Shown: positions 6,296 to 16,063, counted from the first letter of the stretch. The stretch: 18,633 bases of DNA from an uncultured Aquificales bacterium (GCA_964411615.1 CAYPLO010000014.1:9759-28391), one strand, 5' to 3'. Notes: generated from the letters alone by a model not told the origin. Translations and numbers: made by a program.

Positions 6296-8611
6296 ATGCA
6301 AAGGGTTAAGGTCCGTAAGGAGGAGGTCTTTGAATATCATGCTTCCGGCAGGCCCGGAAAGCTTGAGATAGTGGTGAGCAAGCCCTGTGTGACCCAGAGG
6401 GACCTTTCCATAGCTTACACCCCGGGGGTTGCCTGGCCTTGTGAGGAGATACACAAGGACCCGGAGAAGGCTTACCTTTACACTATAAAGGGGAACTTTG
6501 TGGCTGTGGTGTCCAATGGGACTGCCGTTTTGGGGCTCGGCAACATAGGTGCCCTTGCCGGCAAGCCCGTTATGGAGGGCAAATGCGTTCTCTTCAAGAA
6601 GTTTGCAGATATAGACGCCATAGATATAGAGGTTGAGACCCAGGACCCTGATGAGTTCATAACCGTTGTGAAGAACCTTGAGCCCACCTTCGGCGGCATA
6701 AATCTTGAGGATATAAAGGCCCCTGAGTGCTTCTACATAGAGGAGAAGCTCCGCGAGCTTATGAACATTCCCGTCTTTCATGACGACCAGCATGGAACGG
6801 CCATAATCACTTCGGCCGCCCTTATAAACGCTCTGGAGCTTGCTGGCAAGAAGCCTGAAGAGGTGAAGGTGGTGATAAACGGTGCCGGAGCCTCCGGCAT
6901 AGCCTGTGCCAAGATGTTCCTGCTGGTGGGAGTTAAGAAGGAGAACATTATAATGTGCGACAGCAAGGGTGTCATATACAAGGGGCGCCAGGTTGGTATG
7001 AACCCCTATAAGGAGCAGTTTGCTACGGACCTTCCCGTCAGGACCCTTGAGGAGGCGGTGGAGGATGCCGATGTGCTTCTCGGTCTCTCTGTCAAGGGTG
7101 CCTTCACTCAGGAGATGATAAAGAAGATGGCCAAGAACCCGATAATATTCGCATGTGCCAATCCTGACCCTGAGATAACTCCTGAGGAGGTCTTTGCGGT
7201 AAGGGACGATGCCATAATGGCCACTGGTAGGTCTGACTATCCGAATCAGGTGAATAACCTTCTTGGATTCCCCCATATATTCAGGGGAGCGCTGGATGTG
7301 AGGGCCACCACCATAAATGACGAGATGAAGCTTGCCGCAGCCAAGGCCCTAGCGGCGTTGGCCAAGGAGGAGGTGCCGGAGTCTGTTCTGAGGGCTTACG
7401 ATCTGGAGCACCTTGAGTTTGGAAGGGACTACATCATCCCGAAGCCCGTTGACCCGAGGGTGCCTCTCTGGGTTGCCCCTGCCGTTGCCAAGGCCGCCAT
7501 GGAGACGGGGGTGGCCAGAAAGCCCATAGAGGACTTTGAGGAGTACAAGATACAGCTTGAGAAGCGCCTCAAGGGTAAGGCCGGCGAGGTTATGCGCAGA
7601 ATCATGAACAGGGCCAAAAGGGCACCCAAGCGCATAGTCTTCTGCGAGGGGGACGACAGGGAGGTGATAAGGGCCTGCCAGATAATAAGGGACGAGGGCT
7701 TCGGTAAGATAACCCTCATAGGCAACCCCGAGGCGGTGAAGAGGGCCATGAAGGATGTCGGAATAGAGCTTAAGGATGTGGAGATACTTGACCCCCTCAA
7801 CTTTGATAAGGCTGAGGAGTATGCGGAGTTGCTCTACAAGCTGAGGAATCGTAAGGGAGTTACTTACAAGGAGGCTCTTAGATTGGTCCAGCACGACCCT
7901 GAGACCCTGGCTGCCCTGATGGTTTATAAGGGGGATGCGGATGTTGTCATAACGGGGCAGAACAGGCACTACTCTGACGCCCTTGCACCCATCCTGAGGG
8001 TTGTGAAGCCCGTTGAGGGGATAAAGGTGGTCTCCGGTGTGTATATGGTTATAGTCAGGGACAAGGTCTACTTCTTTGCCGATACAACGGTCAACATAAA
8101 TCCCACCGCAGAGGAGCTTGCGGAGATAGCCATAACCACAGCCGATACGGCAAGGAGATTTGGTGTTGAGCCAAGGGTGGCCATGTTATCCTTCTCCAAC
8201 TTCGGTAGCGTCAGGCATCCTGAGGCCCAGAAGGTGGCCGAGGCGGTGCGTATCGTTAAGGAGAGGAGGCCCGATATAGTCATAGACGGTGAGATGCAGG
8301 CGGACACTGCCCTTGACCCGGATATCCTTTTTGGCACCTATAGCTTTTCTACCCTTGACGATACCGCCAATGTTCTCATCTTTCCCGACCTTAACGCCGG
8401 AAACATCTCCTACAAAATCTGCAATAAGCTGGGCTGTGCCATAGTGGTGGGGCCCATACTCCAGGGGTTGAGCAGGTCGGTTCAGGTCCTCCAGCGCGGG
8501 GCCACTCCCACAGATATAGCCAACCTTGCCGCCATAGGTGTTGTTGAGGCCCAGTATATTGAGGAGCAGTTGAGGAAGAGGGAGGATAACGGAACCACTC
8601 CCATTCCTTGA
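6296..8611 (+). CDS. maeB: NADP-dependent malic enzyme with C-terminal phosphotransacetylase-like domain
   Basis: LSIAYTPGVA, SNGTAVLGLG, GKPVMEGK, INLEDIKAPECF, FHDDQHGTA, GAGASG, TGRSDYPNQVNN. PTA-like tail KRIVFCEG...VAMLSFSNFGS...DGEMQADTA...GPILQG. Confidence 0.97.
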   Translation: MQRVKVRKEEVFEYHASGRPGKLEIVVSKPCVTQRDLSIAYTPGVAWPCEEIHKDPEKAYLYTIKGNFVAVVSNGTAVLGLGNIGALAGKPVMEGKCVLFKKFADIDAIDIEVETQDPDEFITVVKNLEPTFGGINLEDIKAPECFYIEEKLRELMNIPVFHDDQHGTAIITSAALINALELAGKKPEEVKVVINGAGASGIACAKMFLLVGVKKENIIMCDSKGVIYKGRQVGMNPYKEQFATDLPVRTLEEAVEDADVLLGLSVKGAFTQEMIKKMAKNPIIFACANPDPEITPEEVFAVRDDAIMATGRSDYPNQVNNLLGFPHIFRGALDVRATTINDEMKLAAAKALAALAKEEVPESVLRAYDLEHLEFGRDYIIPKPVDPRVPLWVAPAVAKAAMETGVARKPIEDFEEYKIQLEKRLKGKAGEVMRRIMNRAKRAPKRIVFCEGDDREVIRACQIIRDEGFGKITLIGNPEAVKRAMKDVGIELKDVEILDPLNFDKAEEYAELLYKLRNRKGVTYKEALRLVQHDPETLAALMVYKGDADVVITGQNRHYSDALAPILRVVKPVEGIKVVSGVYMVIVRDKVYFFADTTVNINPTAEELAEIAITTADTARRFGVEPRVAMLSFSNFGSVRHPEAQKVAEAVRIVKERRPDIVIDGEMQADTALDPDILFGTYSFSTLDDTANVLIFPDLNAGNISYKICNKLGCAIVVGPILQGLSRSVQVLQRGATPTDIANLAAIGVVEAQYIEEQLRKREDNGTTPIP

Positions 8612-8636
8612 CTTTGATTAACTTTTGGTTTAGCTT
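8608..8636 (+). promoter_or_regulatory. sigma-70 promoter of the pan operon
   Basis: TTGACT (8608-8613, overlapping the maeB stop), 17 bp spacer, TAGCTT (8631-8636). Confidence 0.7.
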
Positions 8637-8643
8637 AAGAACC

Positions 8644-8682
8644 GAAGCCGCTTGGATCCCTTTTGAGAGGGACCGAGACGGC
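8644..8682 (+). ncRNA. cis-regulatory leader hairpin, pan-motif-like
   Basis: GCCG-CTTGG-A-TCCCTT-[TTGA]-GAGGGA-CCGAG-A-CGGC: one stem with a bulged A on each strand (8656, 8678), in the 5' UTR of panBCD, as described for the pan RNA motif. Confidence 0.75.
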
Positions 8683-8696
8683 GGGGACGGGATAGC

Positions 8697-8732
8697 AAGG
8701 CCCTTCCGGCTCGGTCCGGAAGGGCCTTTTTT
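8697..8732 (+). terminator. Intrinsic terminator / attenuator upstream of panB
   Basis: AAGGCCCTTCCGG-[CTCGGT]-CCGGAAGGGCC followed by TTTTTT, ending 12 nt before the panB ATG. Confidence 0.9.
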
Positions 8733-8744
8733 GTTGGGGGTGCG

Positions 8745-9545
8745 ATGGTGAAGAGGGTTACCGTTGTGGACCTTAAGAGGAAAAAGGAGGAGAGAGAGCC
8801 CATCGTAATGATAACGGCCTACGATTACCCCTCTGCCCAGATGGTGGACGAGGCGGGGGTGGATATCATTCTGGTTGGAGACTCCCTGGGCATGGTGGTT
8901 CTCGGCTATGAGAATACCCTGCCTGTGACCATGGAGGATATGCTCAGGCACACAGCTGCTGTGGTGAGGGGAAGCAGAAGGGCCATGGTTGTGGGTGATA
9001 TGCCCTTCATGAGCTACCAGCTCTCTCCGGAGCAGGCTCTGGAGAATGCGGGAAGGTTCATCAAAGAGGCCGGTGCCCATGCGGTTAAGCTTGAGGGGGG
9101 CGAGGAGGTCCTTGAGGCCATAAGAAAGATTACTTCTGCGGGCATTCCCGTTATGGGCCACATAGGTCTGACTCCCCAGTCCATCCACAGGATAGGTGGA
9201 TACAGGGTTCAGGGCAGAGATGAGGAGACGGCGGAGAAACTGAAAAGGGATGCAAAGCTTCTGGAGGAGGCGGGCTGTTTCAGCATAGTTCTTGAGGCTG
9301 TTCCTGCCTCTTTGGCCAGGGAGATAACGGAGTCTCTTTCCATACCCACCATAGGCATAGGGGCGGGCCCCCACTGTGACGGGCAGGTGCTGGTCTTTCA
9401 CGATGTGCTGGGGATATTTCAGGAGTTCAAGCCCAAGTTCGTAAAGAGATACGCCAATCTGAGGGGTCAGATTGTGGAGGCGGTCTCCCGATATGTGAGG
9501 GAGGTTAGAGAGGGACTCTTTCCAGACGAAGAGCACAGCTACTGA
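8745..9545 (+). CDS. panB: 3-methyl-2-oxobutanoate hydroxymethyltransferase
   Basis: [54 protein letters not shown]...CDGQVLV. Confidence 0.98.
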   Translation: MVKRVTVVDLKRKKEEREPIVMITAYDYPSAQMVDEAGVDIILVGDSLGMVVLGYENTLPVTMEDMLRHTAAVVRGSRRAMVVGDMPFMSYQLSPEQALENAGRFIKEAGAHAVKLEGGEEVLEAIRKITSAGIPVMGHIGLTPQSIHRIGGYRVQGRDEETAEKLKRDAKLLEEAGCFSIVLEAVPASLAREITESLSIPTIGIGAGPHCDGQVLVFHDVLGIFQEFKPKFVKRYANLRGQIVEAVSRYVREVREGLFPDEEHSY

Positions 9546-9556
9546 AGGGGTGAGCC

Positions 9557-10408
9557 ATGCTTGTGAGGACCGTTGATGAGATGAAGAGTCTTAGCCGCAG
9601 GTGGAGGGAGGAGGGATATACCATAGGTTTTGTGCCTACCATGGGTTACCTCCACGAGGGACATCTCAGCCTCGTGAGGAGGGCCCGTGAGGAGAACGAC
9701 AAAGTGGTGGTGAGCATATTCGTGAACCCCACCCAGTTCGGTCCCAATGAGGATTACAACAGATACCCCAGGGACCTGGACAGGGATATGAAGCTTCTTG
9801 AGCCTATAGGGGTTGATGCGGTCTTCTACCCTTCGGTAGAGGAGATGTACCCTGAGGGCTACAAGACCTATGTGGAGGTGGTGGATATAACCGAAAGGCT
9901 CTGTGGAGCATCTCGGCCTGGCCACTTCAGGGGTGTGACCACCGTATGCACCAAGCTCTTCAACATCGTTATGCCCCACAGGGCCTACTTCGGGAAGAAG
10001 GATTTTCAACAGTATGTGGTGATAAAGAATATGGTGAGGGATCTCAACATGGATCTTGAGATAGTCCCCATGCCCATAGTGAGGGAGCCCGATGGACTGG
10101 CCATGAGTTCAAGGAACACCTACCTGAACCCTGAGGAGAGAAAGGCGGCCACGTGCCTTTACAGGTCCCTTAAGAGGGCTGTGGAGCTCTTTGAGTCTGG
10201 CGAGAGAAGTGCCAGGCGCATAAGGGAGGAGGTGGTAAAGGTTATAGAGGCGGAGCCTCTGGCAAGGATAGACTACGTTGAGGTGGTGGACCCTGAAACC
10301 TTCAGACCCGTTGAGCAGGTGGAGAAGGGAACCCTTGTGGCCCTTGCCGTCTTTGTGGGGCCTGCAAGGCTCATAGATAACGTTCAGCTGGGGGTGGATA
10401 GGCTATGA
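9557..10408 (+). CDS. panC: Pantoate--beta-alanine ligase
   Basis: [59 protein letters not shown]. Confidence 0.98.
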   Translation: MLVRTVDEMKSLSRRWREEGYTIGFVPTMGYLHEGHLSLVRRAREENDKVVVSIFVNPTQFGPNEDYNRYPRDLDRDMKLLEPIGVDAVFYPSVEEMYPEGYKTYVEVVDITERLCGASRPGHFRGVTTVCTKLFNIVMPHRAYFGKKDFQQYVVIKNMVRDLNMDLEIVPMPIVREPDGLAMSSRNTYLNPEERKAATCLYRSLKRAVELFESGERSARRIREEVVKVIEAEPLARIDYVEVVDPETFRPVEQVEKGTLVALAVFVGPARLIDNVQLGVDRL

Positions 10409-10803
10409 GGGGGCTTACGAGGAGAATGCTTCTTGCCAAGATTCACGGCGCAACGGTTACTGAGGCTAATCTCCATTACGTGGGCAGTATCACCATAGAC
10501 AGGGAGCTTCTGGATGCATCCGGGATACTGCCCTACGAGGTGGTTGAGATATGGAACATCACCAACGGAGAGAGGTTCAACACCTACGTCATAGAGGGTG
10601 AGCCAGGTTCAGGTGTTATATGTCTTAATGGCGCTGCTGCCCGAAAGGTTGCCGTTGGCGATAAGGTGATAATAGCCTGCTATGTGAACATGCCCCACGA
10701 GGAGGCGGTCAAGTGGAGACCTACCTTGGTCTTTGTGGATGAGAAGAACAGGATAGTGGAGGTTAAAAGGGCAGAGCGTCCCTTTGAGGTTTATGAGGTC
10801 TGA
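10405..10803 (+). CDS. panD: Aspartate 1-decarboxylase proenzyme
   Basis: [15 protein letters not shown] (G/S autocleavage site), [28 protein letters not shown] overlap with panC. Confidence 0.97.
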   Translation: MRGLTRRMLLAKIHGATVTEANLHYVGSITIDRELLDASGILPYEVVEIWNITNGERFNTYVIEGEPGSGVICLNGAAARKVAVGDKVIIACYVNMPHEEAVKWRPTLVFVDEKNRIVEVKRAERPFEVYEV

Positions 10804-11878
10804 CGAGTACTATATGGCCAGGGCCCTTGTCCTGGCCAGGAGGGGTCTTGGCTATGTGAGCCCCAACCCCATGGTTGGGGCCGTGGTTGTATCTTCCGAT
10901 GGCGAGATACTCTCCGAGGGCTATCACAGCCGTTTCGGTGGTCCCCACGCCGAGAGGGTTGCCCTTGAGAAGCTTGGGTACAGAGCGCGTGGGTGCACCC
11001 TGTACGTGAACCTTGAGCCCTGTTGCCACCATGGAAAGACTCCTCCATGCACCGAGGCCATTCTGGAGTCTGGGATAAAGAGGGTGGTTGTGGGAACTCT
11101 GGACCCCAATCCGCTGGTGTCTGGTAGGGGAGTGGAGTTTTTGAAAAGCCACGGTGTTGAGGTTAAAGTGGGCGTTCTTGAGGATATGTGCCGGTGGCTC
11201 AACAGGGGGTTTTTCAAGTGGATACGCTGCAGAAGGCCCTACGTTATACTCAAGTGGGCCCAGAGCCTTGACGGGAGGATAGCCACCGCCTCTGGACATT
11301 CCAAGTGGCTCAGCTGTGATGTGTCCCTCAGATACGCCCACAGATTGAGGGCCTATGCCGATGCCGTTCTGGTTGGTTCCGGGACTGTGCTTTCCGACAA
11401 TCCCCTGCTGAATCTGAGGTTGTGGAGGGGCAGGGACCCCCTGAGGGTGGTTCTCGATAGCAGGTTGTCTCTGCCTATGGATAGAAAGGTCTTCTCCTGC
11501 CCTCCTTCTACGGTGGTCTTCACCTGTTCTCCGAACGGGGGAAAAATGCGGGCTCTCAAGGAGAGGGGGGTTGAGGTGTTTCAGGGGCCAGCCGGCGAGG
11601 GAGGGGTGGACCTTGGCTTTGTCCTTGACAGGCTGGGCCTGATGGGAATTACCACCCTTCTCGTTGAGGGTGGAGGCAGGGTGCACGGGAGTTTCGTGAA
11701 GAGTAGGCTTTTTGATGAGGTGCAGGTTGTTTTGACCCCTCGCATCTTGGGCGATGGCGTGGGTGCAGTTACCGGATTTGGGGTTGAGACCGTTTCGGAT
11801 GGGGTGGAGCTAAGAACCTGTGTGGTCAGGAGACTGGGGAGGGATGTCTTAGTTGTCCTGCGCCCGATGGAGGGTTGA
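10793..11878 (+). CDS. ribD: Bifunctional riboflavin biosynthesis deaminase/reductase (start trimmed to ATG 10793)
   Basis: [58 protein letters not shown]. Confidence 0.96.
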   Translation: MRSDEYYMARALVLARRGLGYVSPNPMVGAVVVSSDGEILSEGYHSRFGGPHAERVALEKLGYRARGCTLYVNLEPCCHHGKTPPCTEAILESGIKRVVVGTLDPNPLVSGRGVEFLKSHGVEVKVGVLEDMCRWLNRGFFKWIRCRRPYVILKWAQSLDGRIATASGHSKWLSCDVSLRYAHRLRAYADAVLVGSGTVLSDNPLLNLRLWRGRDPLRVVLDSRLSLPMDRKVFSCPPSTVVFTCSPNGGKMRALKERGVEVFQGPAGEGGVDLGFVLDRLGLMGITTLLVEGGGRVHGSFVKSRLFDEVQVVLTPRILGDGVGAVTGFGVETVSDGVELRTCVVRRLGRDVLVVLRPMEG

Positions 11879-12917
11879 GGGAGAGGTCCTTTACCTTGAA
11901 GGTATGTGGACTCTTGAGGGCCTTGAGGGTAGATACGGGGATATCTTCTCCCTCTCCGGCTTTTCCCGCATAGATGCTACTGGTGTTGAGAAGCTTGACA
12001 CCTACGGTGCCCTTGTAATCCTGAAGCTCGCCGATTCCCTCGGTGAAGGCTCCATAGTGGCTTCTGAAGAGCATCTGGGCCTTATAAGGCTTGTGGATGG
12101 GTGGAGGGGAGGCTGTCCCGGTCCTTCCAGAAGGGGACTGGGCGAGGCTGTCCTGGACTGGATGGCCTTTAGATTCGCAGGGGTCATCTCCTTCCTGGAC
12201 TTTGTGGGCAGGCTTTTTCTGTCCTGTATCTATCACCTTGGGGATTTTGATGCCAGGGCCTTTTTCAGGGATATTGAGGAGATGGGGCTTAGGGCCCTTC
12301 CCATTGTGGGGGTGCTCTCCTTCCTCATTGGCCTTGTGATAGCCTATCAGAGCGCCGTTCAGCTTGCCAGGTTTGGTGCAAACATCTTCATAGTGGATTT
12401 GGTGGTTCTTTCAACGGTGAGGGAGCTTGCCCCTTTGATTGTGGCTGTTCTCATCTCGGGCAGGAGTGCCAGCAGCTACACAGCCACCATAGGCCTTATG
12501 AGGGTCAACGATGAGATAGATGCACTGGAGGTTATGGGGGTGTCTCCTTACGCTTCCGTTGCTCTTCCTCGCATAGCCTCCCTCTTTGTGATAACCCCCT
12601 TTCTGGTGGTCTTTTCCGATGTGGTGGGTATAGCAGGGGGCGTTCTGGTGTCCAAGCTCTCCTTGGGCCTTGAGCTGGGGCAGTTTTTGAAGAGGATGGA
12701 GGCTGTGTTGAAGCCCCATCACTTCTGGGCTGGTCTGGTTAAGGCCCCTGTGTTTGGTCTTTATGTGGGGATGGTGGGGACATGGAAGGGATTTACGGTG
12801 GAGAAGAGGGCGGAGAGCATTGGAGGCAGGGTTATAGAGAGTGTGGTTTTGAGTATCTTTGGAGTTCTGGTTATAGATGCCGTCTTTTCGGTGGTGCTGA
12901 GGTGGATGGGTATCTGA
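11853..12917 (+). CDS. MlaE-family ABC permease with N-terminal STAS-like domain
   Basis: N-terminal IDATGVEKLDTYGA (STAS-like). Permease motifs RELAPLIVAVLISGRSAS, EIDALEVMGVSP, LPRI, KAPVFG. TTG start uncertain. Confidence 0.88.
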   Translation: MSCARWRVEGEVLYLEGMWTLEGLEGRYGDIFSLSGFSRIDATGVEKLDTYGALVILKLADSLGEGSIVASEEHLGLIRLVDGWRGGCPGPSRRGLGEAVLDWMAFRFAGVISFLDFVGRLFLSCIYHLGDFDARAFFRDIEEMGLRALPIVGVLSFLIGLVIAYQSAVQLARFGANIFIVDLVVLSTVRELAPLIVAVLISGRSASSYTATIGLMRVNDEIDALEVMGVSPYASVALPRIASLFVITPFLVVFSDVVGIAGGVLVSKLSLGLELGQFLKRMEAVLKPHHFWAGLVKAPVFGLYVGMVGTWKGFTVEKRAESIGGRVIESVVLSIFGVLVIDAVFSVVLRWMGI

Positions 12918-13663
12918 TAGAGGTCAGGGGGTTGAAGACCGCTTACGGGGAGAGGGTGATTCATAAAGGGCTTAATCTTAACGTTAGAAAAGGGGAGATA
13001 CTCTCCATTGTTGGAGGCAGCGGTTCGGGTAAGAGTACCCTGCTTAAGGTGCTTCTGCTACTTAAAGAACCCCTGGAGGGGGAGGTGCTGATAGACGGGG
13101 TTGACGCCTTTTCCCTGTCCGAAGCTGAGAGGCAGAAGCTCAGGGACAGAATGGGGGTTCTGTTTCAGTCGGGGGCTCTATTCTCTTCGATAACCGTGGG
13201 GGAGAATATAGTGTATACTATCTTGAAGAAGAGAAGGGTGCCCTTCGATGTGGCCTGTGAGATGGCGGTTGCCAAACTGAATATGGCCAACCTCTCTCCC
13301 GATGTCTTCCATCTCTACCCCGATGAGCTGTCCGGTGGCATGCGCAAGAAGGCTTCCTTGGCGAGGGCCCTTGCCCTTGACCCGGATATACTCTTCCTTG
13401 ATGAGCCCACCAGCGGTCTTGACCCCATAAGTGCAGACGAGTTTGACAGGACCCTGAGGGAGATTGCCGGGTTTCTTAAGCTCACAGTGGTTATGATAAC
13501 CCACGATTTGGCAAGCCTTCTGGTGTCTCACAGGGTTGCCGTGCTCTCTGCCGGCAGGGTGGTCTATCAGGGAGGGGTTGATGGACTGTGGGGACTTGAT
13601 GAGCCCTGGGTGAAGAGGCTGCTTGAGGGCACCAGGGGCAGGAGGTTCTTGGGTGTCTCCTAA
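12902..13663 (+). CDS. MlaF-family ABC ATPase (start trimmed to GTG 12902)
   Basis: Walker A GGSGSGKST, GVLFQSGALF, LSGGMRKK signature, LFLDEPTSGLDP, ITHD. Confidence 0.92.
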   Translation: MDGYLIEVRGLKTAYGERVIHKGLNLNVRKGEILSIVGGSGSGKSTLLKVLLLLKEPLEGEVLIDGVDAFSLSEAERQKLRDRMGVLFQSGALFSSITVGENIVYTILKKRRVPFDVACEMAVAKLNMANLSPDVFHLYPDELSGGMRKKASLARALALDPDILFLDEPTSGLDPISADEFDRTLREIAGFLKLTVVMITHDLASLLVSHRVAVLSAGRVVYQGGVDGLWGLDEPWVKRLLEGTRGRRFLGVS

Positions 13664-14498
13664 GCCGAGGTATGCGGTTGTTGGTTTGTTCCTTCTGGTT
13701 ATGGCTGGGCTGTTTGTCTTTTTCGTTGCGTGGATGTACGGGTACAGGAAGGGAGTGGAATTTAGAACATGCGTTATCCTGACTGAGGAGTCTGTGGGTG
13801 GGGTGAGGATAGGTTCTCCTGTGAGATACAAGGGGATAGATGTGGGTAAGGTTTCGGGGCTTGAGATATATAAGGAAGACCCTAACGTGGTGGTCATCTA
13901 CCTGAAGGTCAGGAGGGATGTTCCCATACACAGGGATACCAGGGCCAGGATAGTTCCCATGGGGATAACAGGGTTGGCATATATAGGGCTTACAGGTGGC
14001 AGGGAGGGTGAGCCATATCTCGTTAAGATTGGAGGTAGAGAGTATCCGCTGATAAGGCTTGAGTTGTCCGAGTTCCAGAGGGTCTACAGGTCCCTGCCCG
14101 AGGTGCTGGCCAGGGTTGATGAGCTTGTGGGCAGGATGAACAGGCTCTTCAGCGACCGGAATATACATCTCGTCAACAGGGCCCTGGTAAAGCTCGTGGT
14201 CCTTGAGGAGAGGTTGAAGGGGTTATCTGCAAAGCTTGAGAGGCTTGCGGACAGGTACAGGTCCACGGGGGAGAAGGTGGACCGGGTGCTGGGTAAGGTG
14301 GAGGTGTCTGCCGACAGCTTTAACAGTCTTCTGACGGGGATGGAGAACGGTACCCTCAGGGAGATTGACCACCTACTTGCTGAGCTTAAAAGGACCGTGA
14401 GGGATGCTGATATCCTCTTGAGAAGGATTTCTGACAACCCCTCTATACTGCTCTACGGCTATCAGGCTACTGAGGGGCCTGGGGAGAGGGAGAGATGA
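13653..14498 (+). CDS. MlaD/MCE-domain protein with C-terminal helical region (start trimmed to GTG 13653)
   Basis: N-terminal TM (YAVVGLFLLV), MCE motifs ESVGGVRIGSPVRYKGIDVGKV and GITGLAYIGL, then a long heptad-like helix and C-terminal NPSILLYG. GGAGG lies 7 nt upstream of the GTG. Confidence 0.9.
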   Translation: MSPKPRYAVVGLFLLVMAGLFVFFVAWMYGYRKGVEFRTCVILTEESVGGVRIGSPVRYKGIDVGKVSGLEIYKEDPNVVVIYLKVRRDVPIHRDTRARIVPMGITGLAYIGLTGGREGEPYLVKIGGREYPLIRLELSEFQRVYRSLPEVLARVDELVGRMNRLFSDRNIHLVNRALVKLVVLEERLKGLSAKLERLADRYRSTGEKVDRVLGKVEVSADSFNSLLTGMENGTLREIDHLLAELKRTVRDADILLRRISDNPSILLYGYQATEGPGERER

Positions 14499-15022
14499 GG
14501 TGTTTTCTCATTATCCTTGCCCTGATGGTTGCCGGCTGCTCTCTGGAGCTTGCAAAACCCAAAGCGGAACACCTGTACAGGGTTGAGCCAGAGGTTGTTA
14601 GATGCGCTTCCCAGGGCTTTAGCTGGCGGGTTGAGTCTCTTCCCCCCCTTTCCACCACCAGGATACTCTACAGGGTTGATAAGCGCTACGGGTACTACGC
14701 ACACTCCAGATGGTTCTGTTCCCCCGAATGCATGGTGGATGAGGCTCTCAAAAGGGCCTTCGGGAACCCCTCAGGCTCCTTAAGCTTCAATGTGGAGATT
14801 CTGGACTTTGAACCTGTTGTTGAAAACGGCACAGGCCACGCCCTTTTCAGGGCCAGGGTGACGTGCAAAGACAGATACCGTATCTTCACTTATAAGATAC
14901 CCGTTGAGAGGGTGGATTTGGTCCTGTTTGTGGATGCCATGGAGGAGGCAGTGGCTCAATTTGTGAGGGACCTTTGCAGGTGGCTGGAGGTGCGGCATGG
15001 AAGGATTCTCAGAGGTTCTTGA
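14495..15022 (+). CDS. ABC-type transport auxiliary lipoprotein (PqiC-like)
   Basis: Signal peptide with lipobox MVAG-C. Segment TTRILYR...GYYAHSRW...P. Directly follows the MCE gene (ATGA overlap). Confidence 0.78.
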   Translation: MRCFLIILALMVAGCSLELAKPKAEHLYRVEPEVVRCASQGFSWRVESLPPLSTTRILYRVDKRYGYYAHSRWFCSPECMVDEALKRAFGNPSGSLSFNVEILDFEPVVENGTGHALFRARVTCKDRYRIFTYKIPVERVDLVLFVDAMEEAVAQFVRDLCRWLEVRHGRILRGS

Positions 15023-15362
15023 GGCTGTTAGGGAGTTCCTCTCAAGAGACGACCTTGAGGTGAGCTACAGGGAAGAGGAGGAGTACGGCTTTAAGAGGAG
15101 CGAGGCTCCATCCTGTGTGGCCAGGATAAGGGAGGTGAAATCCCCCGATGGTAGGGTCATGAGGCTGTCCGTTGTTGAGACCCACTACGACGATGCCGGG
15201 GTCTCTTTTCAGGAGACGGTTATAGAGCTATGGCAGAACTGGATGGAGCCTGCCAGGATACATGCCTACATGGTCACAGGCGAGGACGGGCGTCCCGTAT
15301 TCTCAGATGAGAGGCTCTTCTGGGACCTGAACGGCCTGTGGAGTGTCCTTGAGAGATACTGA
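14997..15362 (+). CDS. Hypothetical acidic soluble protein (121 aa)
   Basis: GGAGGTG RBS before the ATG. Codon usage like its neighbours. Stop/start overlap (TGATG) with the next gene. No family recognised. Confidence 0.7.
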   Translation: MEGFSEVLEAVREFLSRDDLEVSYREEEEYGFKRSEAPSCVARIREVKSPDGRVMRLSVVETHYDDAGVSFQETVIELWQNWMEPARIHAYMVTGEDGRPVFSDERLFWDLNGLWSVLERY

Positions 15363-16063
15363 TGGTTGTTGTGGGATGCTGTGGCTTCCCCGTATCTTAC
15401 AGGAGGTACTTCAGCCTTTTGCCTGCCGTTGAGGTTCAGCAGTCCTTCTACAGGAGGCTGGGGGAGAGGCAGGTTGAGAACTGGAGGAGGGCGGCTCCCG
15501 AGGGCTTTACCTTTGTGCTGAAGGCCCCTCAGTGTGTCACACACCCTCCAGGCAGTCCAACCTACAGGAGGAGCCATCTCTCCGCCGACGAGAGGAGAGA
15601 GTGCGGCTTCTTTCGCCTTACGGATGTGGTGAAAAGCGAGATGGAGCACTTCCTAAGGATGGCGGAGAGGCTCAACTGTAGAGTCTTCCTCTTCCAGACC
15701 CCGGCCTCTTTCAAGCCCACAGACGAGAACCTCAGGGCCATGGAGTCCTTCTTCTCTTACTACAGGGGAGCCGGCCTTTTCGCCTGGGAGCCTCGGGGAA
15801 AGGACTGGGACGCTTCAACGGTGAGAGACCTCTGCCTTAAGTTTGAGCTCGTGCATGCCACGGACCCCTTCCTTGAGCTTCCTCCACAGACGGAGACTGT
15901 ATACTTCAGGATGCACGGTGATTTGAGAACCTACAGATACGCCTACTCCGATGGGGAGCTTGAGAGGCTCGCCGCCATGGTTCGCTCCAAAAGGGGGTAT
16001 GTCTTCTTCAACAACAGCAACATGCTTGATGACGCCCTGAGGTTTCTCTCCCTGCTTGTTTAA
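15362..16063 (+). CDS. DUF72 domain protein (YecE/YunF-like)
   Basis: VGCCGFP, VEVQQSFY, WRRAAPEGFTFVLKAPQCVTH, LFQTPASF, WEPRG, YFRMHG, YVFFNN. Confidence 0.9.
   Translation: MVVVGCCGFPVSYRRYFSLLPAVEVQQSFYRRLGERQVENWRRAAPEGFTFVLKAPQCVTHPPGSPTYRRSHLSADERRECGFFRLTDVVKSEMEHFLRMAERLNCRVFLFQTPASFKPTDENLRAMESFFSYYRGAGLFAWEPRGKDWDASTVRDLCLKFELVHATDPFLELPPQTETVYFRMHGDLRTYRYAYSDGELERLAAMVRSKRGYVFFNNSNMLDDALRFLSLLV

Noticed and set aside
6197..7969. Long minus-strand ORFs (359 aa, 206 aa) opposite maeB
   Set aside because: Shadow frames of a strongly biased coding gene. His/Leu/Pro-rich with no family motifs.
8745..10803. No panE in the pan operon
   Set aside because: Common arrangement. Ketopantoate reduction is often encoded elsewhere or performed by IlvC.
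8391..11686. Minus-strand ORFs (381, 156, 307 aa) opposite panB, panC and ribD
   Set aside because: Antisense shadows with no recognisable domains. The plus strand is fully explained.
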